Part shown: positions 38,667-50,204 of the stretch, piece after piece
Numbering within the stretch: position 1 is the stretch's first letter
How the letters are laid out: each line of letters begins with the position of its first letter
Source of the DNA: Octopus vulgaris
Lineage: Eukaryota
Assembly (NCBI GenBank): GCA_951406725.2
Contig: OX597831.1
Span: forward strand, 56,172,001 to 56,236,000
Direction: 5' to 3'
DNA length: 64,000 nucleotides
Program-made: the position numbers and the translations under genes
Notes under the pieces: generated by a model
Seen by the model: the letters and a program-made list of their open reading frames with translations, nothing else
Told to the model about the DNA's origin: nothing
The model's database searches: none

Positions 38667-41050
38667 TCTCTATATATAAAACTGAAATGCGTTTTTACCG
38701 CTTGGATCGCTTTCAATGCCACTACGTCCCGTCCGATTTGCTCCAAAATCTACAGGGACATGTAGAATGAGGTGACGATGCTCGTGGGCTACTTTAGAAA
38801 TCCCTATCTTAAAAGGTGTGGTTGCTAGGGGCCATCTTCCTCACGCACGCTATTTCCTCCAGTACCTTCTCACTCCTCTTCATTTGACAAGTCCACTCCC
38901 GTTATTTAATGTAAAGTCTTCCTCAAATCACTCTCTCGCTATTTCCTCTCTTCTAAGAACATTTTCACTCACTCTATCTCTTAGCTTCCCATACATTTTA
39001 CTCATGTATCTATCTGCGTTCATAGACAGAAACAAATATTACATCGCCATCGCATTCTATTGTCTACATGTCAACACACACACACACACATATATACATA
39101 TATCTAATATTATATTTTTATTTTTATGTTTTTGTTTTTGGTTTTTTACTGTTTCATTTCCCTATTAATGGTTTTATCTCTAATTTAATTTCTACAGCGT
39201 GCACACACACACACACACACACCTATATGTGGCCCCAGTAGACCCGAATGAAATCGGGTTCTCTTCATCAAAATGTGAAAAGGGATCTAGAATTATCATC
39301 GCCACAACTTATGTATATGTCTTCCTCACTCACTCACTCTTTTTCCTAATGATAATTATAATCGCCACCACCACCACCACCAACACACAATCATGACAAT
39401 CTTTCTCTTAAAACAAATCATGTTTACATTGCAAAATATTTCATTTTCCAGTCCTCTCTTTCATATATCACCTTTTCTTTCTCGAGCTCTCTCTTTTTTC
39501 GCCGTCTCTATTTATTCTACAAGTCTATCAATGACAGCCGCAAAAGTTTCAATATTCCTACTTCACCTCTTTCAGAAACGCAACAGATATTATTTTTTTT
39601 GCCGGGGTTAAAGCCCACTACATCCCGTCGGATTCACTCCAAAATTTACACCTTTTCTTTCTACCTCTAACTCCCCTTCAATTTCTCTTTATCTCCATTC
39701 ATAAAGATAATTATCATCGCCACCACCACCACCAACACACAATCTGGACAATCTTTCTCTTAAAACAAATCATGTTTACATTGCAACGACGTCTGCCACC
39801 TCCGCCGTCTCTATTTATTCTGCAAATGACCAGAACTCAGAAAACTTGGTTGAGTGTTCTATGGTCTATGACCAGAACTCGGGAATCTTGGTTGAGTGTT
39901 CTATGGTCTATGACCAGAACTCGGGAAACTTGCTTGACTGTTCTATGGTCTATGACCAGAACTCGGGAAACTTGGTTGAGTCCTCATCTTATAAAATGTG
40001 GCCCCAGTAGACCCAAATGAAATCGGGTTATATTAACCAAAATGTGAAAAGGGGTCTAAATGGGGCTGGAAGGGGATTAAAATTTAAAGGAGCAGGTGTT
40101 TAGCAATTCTCTATTACATCAAGCTAAAAAATTTGCGCCAGTCTTTTAATCGTCAATGTGTTGCCGTCCATGATGAAGAAGTTTTGAATGCTTGCCATCG
40201 TGAGTCTACTGTCGTGAGAAAGAATCACTTCAAAACTTGGTTTTTAGGGATTTTCTTTTACATCAAGTTCAAAATTTTACGCCAGCCGTTGAACTGTCAA
40301 TACGTTGCTGTCTGTCATTAAGAAATGCCAGCCATGGTGACTCTACTATCCTCAAATTCTATCCCTTCAAACTTTGGTTTCCAATATTTTATTATTTTTA
40401 TTCAGCTCGCAAGTTCATCTGTCCCTTTTAAATGTTAGTGTTTTGCTGTCTGCCTTGAAGCAGACCTTTCCGTTGTTACTGCCTGATATTTATGATTGAT
40501 CTTTCTAAATATTTTATTTCTCAACTTACTCAAGATCTTTTGTTGTTTATAAATGGGAGAGAGATAGATAAAGATAGATAGTAAGAGAAAGTGAGGGAGA
40601 GTCCGAGAGAAAGGAAGAGTAAGAGAGTAGGAAAGTGAGAGAGAAAGGAGAGAGAAACAAAGAGGGAGAATCATCATCATCATCATCATTGTTTAACGTC
40701 CGTTTTCCGTGCTAGCACGGGTTGGACAGTTTGACAGAGGTCTGGGAAGCCAGGAGGCTGCACCAGGCTCCAGTCTGATCTGGCAGTGTTTCGACAGGTG
40801 GATGCCCTTCCTAACGCCAACCACTCTGTGAGCGTAGTGGGTGCTTTTTCGTGCCACCGGCACAGGTGCCAGGGGGACTGGCAGCGGCCACGATCGGTTG
40901 GTGCTTTTTACGTGCCACCAGCACAGAAGCCAGTCAAGGCGGCACTGCAATCCGCCACGTTCGGGTGGTGCTTTTTACGTGCTGAAAGGAAGCAACAGAA
41001 AGTAACAACCACACTCTTACCCGCACGTAGAGCGGGTCACCTTCAGCTAG
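38667..41050 (+). mobile_element. Non-autonomous Helitron with nested SINE (~40672-40985)
   Basis: 5' A|TCTCTATATATAAAA. 3' hairpin acccgc-acgtaga-gcgggt (41019-41037), then CTAG|T. Inserted at an AT dinucleotide with no TSD. Confidence 0.8.
39826..39981 (+). repeat. 42-bp minisatellite (~3.7 copies) inside the Helitron
   Basis: Unit atgaccagaactcgggaaacttggttgagtgttctatggtct. Confidence 0.9.
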
Positions 41051-41835
41051 TATATATATATATTGGCCTGCTCGCTTAGCCAGCGGGGTGGTGTCATTTG
41101 AAGGCTAAAACAATGCAAAGCACATTGTGACCAGCGATGTGTAGCAACATCTGATAGCCTAGTCAGTCACGGTGATCACAGTGATATATCATCATCATCA
41201 TCATCGTTTAGCGTCCGCTTTCCATGCTGGCATGGGTTGGACGGTGCAACTGGGGTCTGGGAAGCCAGAAGGCTGCACCAGGCCCAGTCTGATCTGGCAA
41301 TGTTTCTACGGCTGGATGCTCTTCCTAACGCCAACCACTCCATGAGTGTAGTGGGTGCTTTTTACGTGCCACCGGCACAGGTGCCAGACGAGGCTGGCAA
41401 ACGGCCACGATCGGATGGTGCTTTTTACGTGCCAAGGCATCCACAGTTTCATTCTACCAAATCCATTTACAAGGCTTTGGTCAGCTTAGGGCTATAGTAT
41501 ATGACACATACCCAAGGTGCAATGCAGTGGGACTGAATTCAAAACCATGTGATTGGGAAACAAACCACATAACCACACTGCCATCTGTGTATGCCTGTGT
41601 CTTTGCATTGACACTTCTTGGGCAGCTGCAACTTTCATTTATGTCTCAGACTGGCAGGCCAATATGAAACAACCAGCAGAAAAAAGTACTGAACATGAAA
41701 ACAAGTAAGGCTTTGCATCAGAAAGGACAATCTGGTTTTGGAATACTATCACCAGAAATTTTGTCCAGCCCATGCCAGCATGGAAAAAGCACATATAAAA
41801 ATGAGTATGTTGATGGCTATTACTATATTGTAAAG

Positions 41836-42054
41836 CAGTGCTTTCCAAACTTTTTGCTGGAGCGGAACCCCAAGAAAACATTTCACTGGCTCAAGGAACC
41901 CCTGTGCAATAATTTAATTGTCTTATACACACATATCTGCACAGGAGAATTAAAAATTACTGTCGATTTTAGCATTTTTGTAACTTCTTGCGGAACCCCT
42001 GGACTGTACTGGCAGAACCCTAAGGTTCCGCGGAACCCTGGTTGAAAACCACTG
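41836..42054. mobile_element. hAT (Charlie-like) MITE
   Basis: Termini cagtgctttccaaac / gttgaaaaccactg. 8-bp TSD ttgtaaag / ttgtaaaa. Confidence 0.75.
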
Positions 42055-43464
42055 TTGTAAAATGTGATCCAGCTTCAGTTCCCAATTGAAAGCATTTCCT
42101 TCTAATCAGCATTAATTACTATGTATGTCATACCATATGAGTCTACAGATTTTATAAAGTCTTCCTCTTTTTCATTATTATTGTTATTCTCCTTCTCCTT
42201 TTCCTCCCCCCTATCATTTGTTCTGGTTGATTTGACTCAGGTTCATTCTTATATCTAGTAGAATTTATGTGAGTAGCAGATTACTAGCTGTACCTTTGTT
42301 ATCCACAAGTGCTTTCCTGTCCCTAAGAGGCAAACTTTCTGTAGAAGCTCTCCAGGGCATTTTATTTCAATCTCTATCAATCATTTGTCTATATCTACGC
42401 ACACAGTTCCCAATGCACCATTTATTATAGGCACAACTTTTAATATCTTCATATTCCAAATTCTTACAATTTCAAATTTTAAGGGATTGTATTTTTTAAA
42501 TATTTCATCTTCTTTCTTTACAATTCTGGAATCAAGTGGACATGATGGATCATTTATCATTATTATTAAGGTGGTGAGCTGGCAGAGTCATTAGCACGCC
42601 AGGCAAAGTGCTTAGCAGTATTTTGCCCATCGCTACATTCTGAGTTCAAATTCCGCCGAGGTTGACTTTGCCTTTCATCTTTTGGGGGGTCAATAAAAGT
42701 ACCAGTAGAGCACTGTGCTTGATGTAATTAATTTACCCCCTCCCCCGAAATTTCAGGCTTTGTGCCTTTAATAGAAAGGATTATTATTATCATTATTATT
42801 ATCCTGTGCCGGTGGCACGTAAAAAGCACCCACTACACTCATGGAGTGGTTGGCATTAGGAAGAGCATCCAGCCGTAGAAACATTGCCAGATCAGACTGG
42901 GCCTGGTGCAGCCTTCTGGCTTCCCAGACCCCAGTTGAACCGTCCAACCCATGCTAGCATGGAAAGCGGACGCTAAACGAAGATGATGTTGATGATGATG
43001 AAGATTAAGGCAGTGAGCTGGCTGAATCGTTAGCATGCTGGACGAAATGCTTAGCAGTATTTCACCCATTGCTCCATTCTGAGTTCAAATTCTGCCAAGG
43101 TCAACTTTGCCTTTCATCTCTTTGGAGGAGTCGATAAAAATAAGTACCAGTTAAAAACTGGGGGTTGATGTAATTAACTCCCCCCCCCCCCCCGAAAAAA
43201 ATTGCTGCCCTTGTGGCAAAATTTGAAACCATTATTATTATTATTAAGGCGGCAAGATGTCAGAATCATTAGCACACTGGGCAAAATGCTTAGCAGCATT
43301 TCATCCATCATTACATTCTGAGTTCAAATCCCACTGAGGTCAACTTTGCCTTGCCTTTCATTCCTTTCAGAGTTGATAAATTAAGTACCAGTTGAACACC
43401 AGGGTTGATGTAATCGACTAGCACCCTCCCCCAAAATTGCTGGCCTCATACCAAAATTTGAAAC

Positions 43465-43510
<46 letters not shown>

Positions 43511-43789
43511 TAGGTGGCAAGCTGACAGAATCCTTACTTTGCTGGGAAAATTGCTTAGCGGCATTTCTTCCAACTTTATGTTCTGAGTTCAAACTCTGCC
43601 ACCGTCCACCTTGCCTTTCATCCTTTTGGAGGTCAATAAAATAAGTACCAGTTGGACACAGAGGTCAATGTAATTAACTCCTCTCCCACAAAATTGCTGG
43701 CATTGTGCCAAAATTTGAAACTACTATTATTATTATTATTATTATTATTAATATTAGTATTATTAATATTATTATTGTTGTTCTTCCAG

Positions 43790-44153
43790 CTGCCAAGAAA
43801 GATGTATTATTATCTAAGAACTTGAAAGATGGTTCCAGTTGTAAAAGCTCTGCTGATCAGCAACCTAATTCTTCTGAAGTAACAACGCCTTTAACTACCA
43901 AATCTAAACAAAATTCTTCAAATGATAGCAAATTGACTTGTTCCCCTCCTACACCAGTTACTACGGTTACCGATGCCACTTTAGCTGCTGATTTAATGGG
44001 TGTATCAGAGGTTAATGGACTTAAAAAAGATGGTTTGTGTACTCCTTGTAAAGATGGTTCTAGAACTCCAAACAAAGAAGGATCTCTTACTCCACGAACT
44101 GCTCGTCGCGATGTTAATGATAGACCTATGGGATTGCCAAAGAGTTCTTCAAG
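43790..44153 (+). CDS. HBS1L: HBS1-like GTPase, internal exon (low-complexity linker N-terminal to the G domain)
   Basis: Acceptor ttcttccag|, donor AAG|gtaagg. Open frame AKKDVLLSK...GLPKSSSR. Ends in phase 2, matching exon 48029. Confidence 0.8.
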
Positions 44154-44175
44154 GTAAGGAACTTTTTTCATTTAA

Positions 44176-44870
44176 CCCTTTTGTTACCATATTTCTGTAG
44201 AAATATACTGCCTTTGTTTCAATTAATTTTGAAAATAATAATGAATTTAGTAACATAACATTATTAAGCTGGTGCTTGTAACATCATCATCATCATCATT
44301 GTTTAACATCCGCTTTCCATGCTAGCATGGGTTGGACGATTTGACTGAGGTCTGACAAACCAGATGGCTGCCCAGACTCCAATCTGATCTGGCAGAGTAT
44401 CTACAGCTGGATGCCCTTCTTAACACCAACCACTCTGAGAGTGTAGTGGGTGCTTTTATGTGCCACCGGCATGAGGGCCAGTCAGGCAGTACTGGCAGCA
44501 GACATGCTCAAATGGTGCTTTCTATGTGCCACCTGCACAGGAGCCAGTCTAGTGGCACTGGCAACGACCTCACTTGAATGTTTTTTTACATGCCACCAGC
44601 ACAAGTGCCAGTAAGGTGACGCAGGTAACGATCACGCTCAAATGGTGCTTTTTACATGCCATCGGCATGGAGGCCAGCTTGTTGCTCTGGCAACGATCAC
44701 GCTTGTATGGTACTCTTAGTGCTCCAATAGCACGGATGCCAGTCATTGAATTTGATTTCGATATAAATTGATATGAAATTCTGATAGAAGTTTTCAATTT
44801 AGATCACTTTAAAACAGGAATTTGCATCACAGGACCAGAGCCAATTTTAGGTGGGTTGGTATCAAATGGG
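44176..44870. mobile_element. piggyBac-type (TTAA) MITE with nested SINE; decayed inverted relative at ~56065-56290
   Basis: TTAA|cccttttgttacc ... ggtatcaaatggg|TTAA. Confidence 0.7.
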
Positions 44871-44903
44871 TTAACTATGACTCCTTTTCATACTTTTATT
44901 ATA

Positions 44904-45056
44904 CAGGGTGAACCAAAAGTCACACACAAAATAAGTTCAACACACTCCGGAATTATCAAAGACCTGCTTCAGTTTTTCTAAAATTGAATAAAATAAATAA
45001 ATAAAATAAAACAGTGATGAATACACACATACTTGTACATGATGTACAAAATGAAA

Positions 45057-45098
<42 letters not shown>

Positions 45099-45345
45099 CC
45101 TTTCTACTAAAGGCACAATGCCTGAAATTTTGGAGGAGGGGTTAAGTTGATTACATTGACCCCAGTACTCAACTAGTACTTATTTTATCGACCCCAAAAG
45201 GATGAAAGATAATGTTGACCTTGGCAGAATTTGAACTCAGAATGTAAAGATGTTGACCTTGGCAGAATGTTGATGATGATGATTTCAAATTTTGGCACAA
45301 GGCCAGCATTCATTTATTTTGGTGTGTGATTTTTGACCCACCCTG
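44904..45345. mobile_element. Tc1/mariner-type MITE with nested SINE
   Basis: TA|cagggtgaaccaaaagtcacacac ... gtgtgtgatttttgacccaccctg|TA. Confidence 0.75.
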
Positions 45346-48028
45346 TATACTGCATGGTCATGAGATGAAGAAGTTTGTTTCAGAATCATATGGTTTAGGG
45401 TTCAGTCCTACTTAATGGGCATTATTGACTGATTGGTGTCGTCTGCTATAGTAACGTGTTTACCAGTGCCCTGTGAATGAAATTTCATCATAATCATCTT
45501 CATCATCATGATAACAGTGGCAGTGGGGAGGTGTTGAGGTTGTTGATGGTTTTCTTTTATATGCGACAAGAGTGCCAGATGAAGCAACATACACAGGTTA
45601 CAAAATGTGCTGAGCTTTACACATCATCAAAGGGGAAAATAAATCTATACTCCAAATTTTGTCATGTCCATTGAGTAGGAAAGTTACCTCAAATCAATTG
45701 TGGAACCCCTCAGATCTTGAATTATCTTGATTGTGAAGAATTATGGCCTTCTCCCAACTAACATTCTCTGGCCTATAGATGCATGCTGAGAATACACCCA
45801 CTCGCTCAGTGAATGTTCACCCCTCATACCTACCTCTCCTACAAGTCACCAGACAGAGGAAAACTGCCTGTCCTTCCGGCCAAAGGAAACCATAATGGAC
45901 TCAACTGATGTTCAGATCTGTCCTATCTTTGACAACAGATAAGCATAGGCAATATTCACACATATTACTTTTGAGATTGTAATATTTGTCTCAATGTAGC
46001 AATGCCCCTACCCTGCTGGTAGTATTGCTGGGCACAGTTACTATTGTAGATTATTTGAAATGGGTGTTACATGTAGAGTTGGAAAGAATTTGAGAGAGTA
46101 ATTTTTCATTCTTTTTAATTGTCAAACTTGCATCTTCTCTCTAGGAATGAATTTAATGTATGGTTTTATATTACTTCTAAATAGCAGAACATCTTATACT
46201 TTACTTTAAGAAGTGGAACATACAATTTCTTGTAATTCAGACCACCTCATAGTCCTAGCAGACAAAATGGAAAAGGCGCTGCTCCAAAGGATGGTGAGGG
46301 AAATGCACTGAAACAATCATTCTGACTCACAGGTCTCACACTTGCAGAGAGCCATCTCAGCCCTGATAATGGTGAGCAGCGATATAATCCAGGGATTGAG
46401 AATACTGGAGGTCTCCACTGCCACAGATTCAACCATAAGCCTGTCAGAGAGTGACCAATACTTTGACAGTTTGCTTTTCTCAGCCTGATAAGCAATGGAG
46501 CCTGGGCCAAAGAGTCAAAAGTTTCCTAGAACAGACTATCCAGTTGGTTCTCATCAATGCCAGAAATGCATTCTTACCATATTTTTTTATCTTTTTTTAT
46601 TTTCTGCTAGAATTGTAAACCCTATGTTCAGCCTAACTTGCAATGCTAAGGAAACTTCTTGGTGTCTAATTTCATGAATTTATATATGAAAAGGAAACAA
46701 ATAATTTACTGGTAATGTAGAAAATATTTTGTTTTAGAAATCAGAATCTGATTAAAAGAAAAAAACTTCATGTTTCTTCACCATCATCATCAAGGGTTAT
46801 GGCCTTCTCCCAACTGGCCTACAGATGCATACTGAGAGTACACCCAATCACTTAATGCATGTTCACCCCTCAAACCACACACAATTTCTCAAATGTTGAG
46901 GCCACCATAAAATGAATCCAGTAGAGTTTGTAAGGAGTTTTCTTTTTGGTGGAAGGGGTTCTGGTAACAGGGGTGGTGGTAGATTTTGATTCAGAATGCA
47001 CTGAGCTGGAACAAATATTACACAGATTGCCATTTGAAGCTCTATTCTGCTAATCTTTTGACCTGAACTAGTACTTTATTTATTAACCCTGAAGGATGAA
47101 AGACATAACAAGGTTTAGTGGGATTTGAACTCAAAGTGCAGGTCAGAAAAATATTACAAAGCATTTTATCCAATGCCCTAACAGCTCCTCACCATATAAA
47201 ACATGAAGTGTAGAAATAATTTACACCCCAAGACATTTTTTAATAGGTAAAGGCTTGGCAGTGTGGTTAAGAAATTTTGTTTCCCAACTGCATGGTTTCA
47301 GGTTCAGTCCTGCTGCATGGTACCTTGGGCAAATGTCTTCAACTATACCCCCAGGTTAACCAAAGCTTTGTGAGTGCATTTGGCAGGTGGTAACTGAAAG
47401 AAGACCATTGTGCATGTGAGTGCTTCTTATATGTATGTATATATGTATACGTGTGTGTTTTTAAGTACCCTGTCTTTTCATCATATGATGGTGTTGTAAA
47501 TGAGTATTACCATCATGCAAGCGATATTGTTCGATTCTAGTCTTCCCTTAAAATGTATCCTGCCATGGGGAAATATTACCTTGCCCAGAAACATGAGGGT
47601 TGGTGGCAGGAAGGACATCTGGCCATGGAAAATCTGTGTCAATCAGTTTTGTCTGACGCATATGAACATTGAATCACTATTCAATGCTCATATGGGTCAG
47701 ACAAAATTATACGACAGTGTTGGTGGTGGCAGCATTATTTAAAACCACAGTGAAGTTGCAAATATACAAACTAACATCCAGTTGTTGTTTAACCCCAAAT
47801 CATCTTGGATCAAACTGATCCATGATCAAAAGTGTCCTAGCTGTGACCATCCTGTCCTTCTTTTTCTCAGTTATTGTGTATCCTTGACTGTGTTATCCAA
47901 TGTTTCAGTCAATTTTTTTCTTTTCAAGAAAACAGATTGTCAATCAAGGGAGATTTGACTGCTATTTCTAAGGCTCAATCAGTTGTTCCATTGCTGTGTT
48001 GTTAACAATTATGAAACTTTTCTTCTAG

Positions 48029-48114
48029 GTCAAAATATGAAAAACTTGACTTAAAAAAGGAATATGAAAAACGACAAGAAGGAAGAAAAGAATTAATAAA
48101 CTTAGTAGTTATTG
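48029..48114 (+). CDS. HBS1L: HBS1-like GTPase exon (start of G domain)
   Basis: tcttctag|G TCA AAA TAT... encodes SKYEKLDLKKEYEKRQEGRKELINLVVIG, then |gtaagt. Joins in frame to GHVDAGKST. Confidence 0.93.
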
Positions 48115-48428
48115 GTAAGTATTCTGATAAATTATTATGAATAATTAATTATTGCATAGTAACTTCTTATGTCTTTTAACCCATTGCCTCTCCTGTGTGT
48201 CATATGTGATACACAGGACATATTTCCCTGATGTCCATGCATTATTTATGAGGAATCTTTTCTGTTTGGGCTTTTACTTTTGGAAATTTTAAAATTTAGT
48301 GAAAAGTTACAAATTTTGCAAACTCTAAAAGCTGTTAACTTTATATTTATTAATTTATGAATTTTATTTCTATAATTAGCATACAATTTAATTTCCATAA
48401 TTAGCATGAATTTCATTTCCATGATTAG

Positions 48429-48467
<39 letters not shown>

Positions 48468-48991
48468 CCGGCTTCTTTCAGTTTTTGTCTACCAAATTCA
48501 CTCACGTGAACTTTGCCTTTCATCCTTTGAAAGCTGATAAAATAAAGTGCCAATTGAACACTGGGGTCACTGTAATCAACTAGAGCCCTCCCCCAAGCTC
48601 TCAGACCTTGTGCCTATCATGTAAAGGATTATTATTACAGACAGTGGATTGGCAGGGTTGTTAGAGCAATGGAGAAAATGTCTTGTAATATTTATTCTGA
48701 GTTCAAATCTTGATGCGGTCAACTTTGACTTACATTTTTCAGCAGTCAATAAAATAAAGTACCAGTAATTACTGGTATTGATGTAATCAACAGCTGCTTC
48801 CCTTCAAATTTCTTGTCTTAAACTTAAATTAGAAATAATTATTATAGGACTATCAGTTAACCAACCTTTTTCTTGCATCACGAAGATCCAAAGGGCCAGT
48901 GTTTTCTGCTAGTTTATCACTGTTAACGTTTCTGTGAGAACTTGCTTGAAAATCTATATATGAATATCCTGCAGAGTGAGAATTCGTCGAG

Positions 48992-49065
48992 GAAGCGGAA
49001 GCCTACCACACGCCGACGATAGGCAATACACCTTGAAACCATGGTCCGTGTGTGGTTTCCGCTTC
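48992..49065 (+). ncRNA. Type I hammerhead ribozyme, copy 1 (predicted cleavage after 49046)
   Basis: CACACG-CCGACGA-U-AGG-CAAUACA-CCU-U-GAAA-CCAUGG-UC-CGUGUG, with stem I extended by GAAGCGGAAGC/GUUUCCGCUUC. Confidence 0.8.
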
Positions 49066-49351
49066 ATCGGGGAATTACCTCCCTTTGCAGGTTAAGGGCA
49101 CCGTGACGGTGTCGAGCCTTTCTGGTGACGTCGATGTTCGCCTGGGGCTAAATGCAACAGTAACACCCCCACCACCCTGCCCTGTCCCTAGCCATATTCA
49201 GATGGCTTTAGTCCCTTATGTTATCGAGCAGTTACTGTCTATATCTCTTTTAGAGAATTATTATTGCTTTCGAACAGATTTTCGAAATCAGCAAATGTAT
49301 TTTGCTTGAAAATCTATATATGAATATCCTGCAGAGTGAGAATTCGTCGAG

Positions 49352-49425
49352 GAAGCGGAAGCCTACCACACGCCGACGATAGGCAATACACCTTGAAACC
49401 ATGGTCCGTGTGTGGTTTCCGCTTC
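49352..49425 (+). ncRNA. Type I hammerhead ribozyme, copy 2 (predicted cleavage after 49406)
   Basis: Identical to copy 1, shifted by 360 nt. Confidence 0.8.
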
Positions 49426-49711
49426 ATCGGGGAATTACCTACCTTTGCAGGTTAAGGGCACCGTGACGGTGTCGAGCCTTTCTGGTGACGTCGATGTTCG
49501 CCTGGGGCTAAATGCAACAGTAACACCCCCACCACCCTGCCCTGTCCCTAGCCATATTCAGATGGCTTTAGTCCCTTATGTTATCGAGCAGTTACTGTCT
49601 ATATCTCTTTTAGAGAATTATTATTGCTTTCGAACAGATTTTCGAAATCAGCAAATGTATTTTGCTTGAAAATCTATATATGAATATCCTGCAGAGTGAG
49701 AATTCGTCGAG

Positions 49712-49785
49712 GAAGCGGAAGCCTACCACACGCCGACGATAGGCAATACACCTTGAAACCATGGTCCATGTGTGGTTTCCGCTTC
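49712..49785 (+). ncRNA. Type I hammerhead ribozyme, copy 3 (predicted cleavage after 49766; stem I mismatch)
   Basis: As copy 1, but G>A at 49768 breaks the second pair of stem I. Confidence 0.7.
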
Positions 49786-50044
49786 ATCGGGGAATTACCT
49801 CCCTTTGCAGGTTAAGGGCACCGTGACGGTGTCGAGCCTTTCTGGTGACGTCGATGTTCGCCTGGGGCTAAATGCAACAGTAACACCCCCACCACCCTGC
49901 CCTGTCCCTAGCCATATTCAGATGGCTTTAGTCCCTTATGTTATCGAGCAGTTACTGTCTATATCTCTTTTAGAGAATTATTATTGCATAGAAAATATTG
50001 TCCTACAGTTTGTCTGATTAACCCTGATATTCCACTATTGACAG

Positions 50045-50204
50045 GTCATGTGGATGCTGGTAAAAGTACACTTATGGGACACCTTTTGTATCAACTGGGA
50101 ACAGTAAATAAAAGATTGATGCATAAGTTTGAACAGGAGTCTAAAAAGCTTGGAAAGGGATCATTTGCTTATGCCTGGGTCCTTGATGAAACTGAAGAAG
50201 AGAG
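50045..50204 (+). CDS. HBS1L: HBS1-like GTPase exon with P-loop (G1)
   Basis: acag| then [19 protein letters not shown]...[18 protein letters not shown], then |gtaagt. STLMGH and [11 protein letters not shown] fit HBS1 rather than eEF1A or eRF3. Confidence 0.95.

Larger units (their letters stand above)
48942..49987 (+). repeat. Tandem array of 360-bp units (2.9 copies), retrozyme-like
   Basis: Lines 48961, 49321 and 49681 are identical. Only two substitutions seen across copies (49441, 49768). CpG-rich relative to flanks. Confidence 0.97.

Noticed and set aside
39826-39981. CRISPR-like periodicity
   Set aside because: Contiguous 42-bp tandem repeat with no unique spacers and no cas genes, in a eukaryote.
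46277-46490. MEKALLQRMVREMH-TGA-NNH... readthrough or selenoprotein ORF
   Set aside because: No homology, and no SECIS element recognised.
97-47742. Most short ORFs in the track (e.g. [22 protein letters not shown])
   Set aside because: Translations of SINEs and microsatellites.
49084-49160. HDV-like ribozyme in the repeat (ttgca...ggctaaatgcaa)
   Set aside because: The putative L3 (taagggc) and P1 do not fit the HDV consensus.
49052-50017. Triplicated 85-aa ORF (MVSASSGNYL...)
   Set aside because: GTG start, no recognisable homology and intronic location. It is a by-product of the 360-bp repeat, which is better explained by RNA structure.
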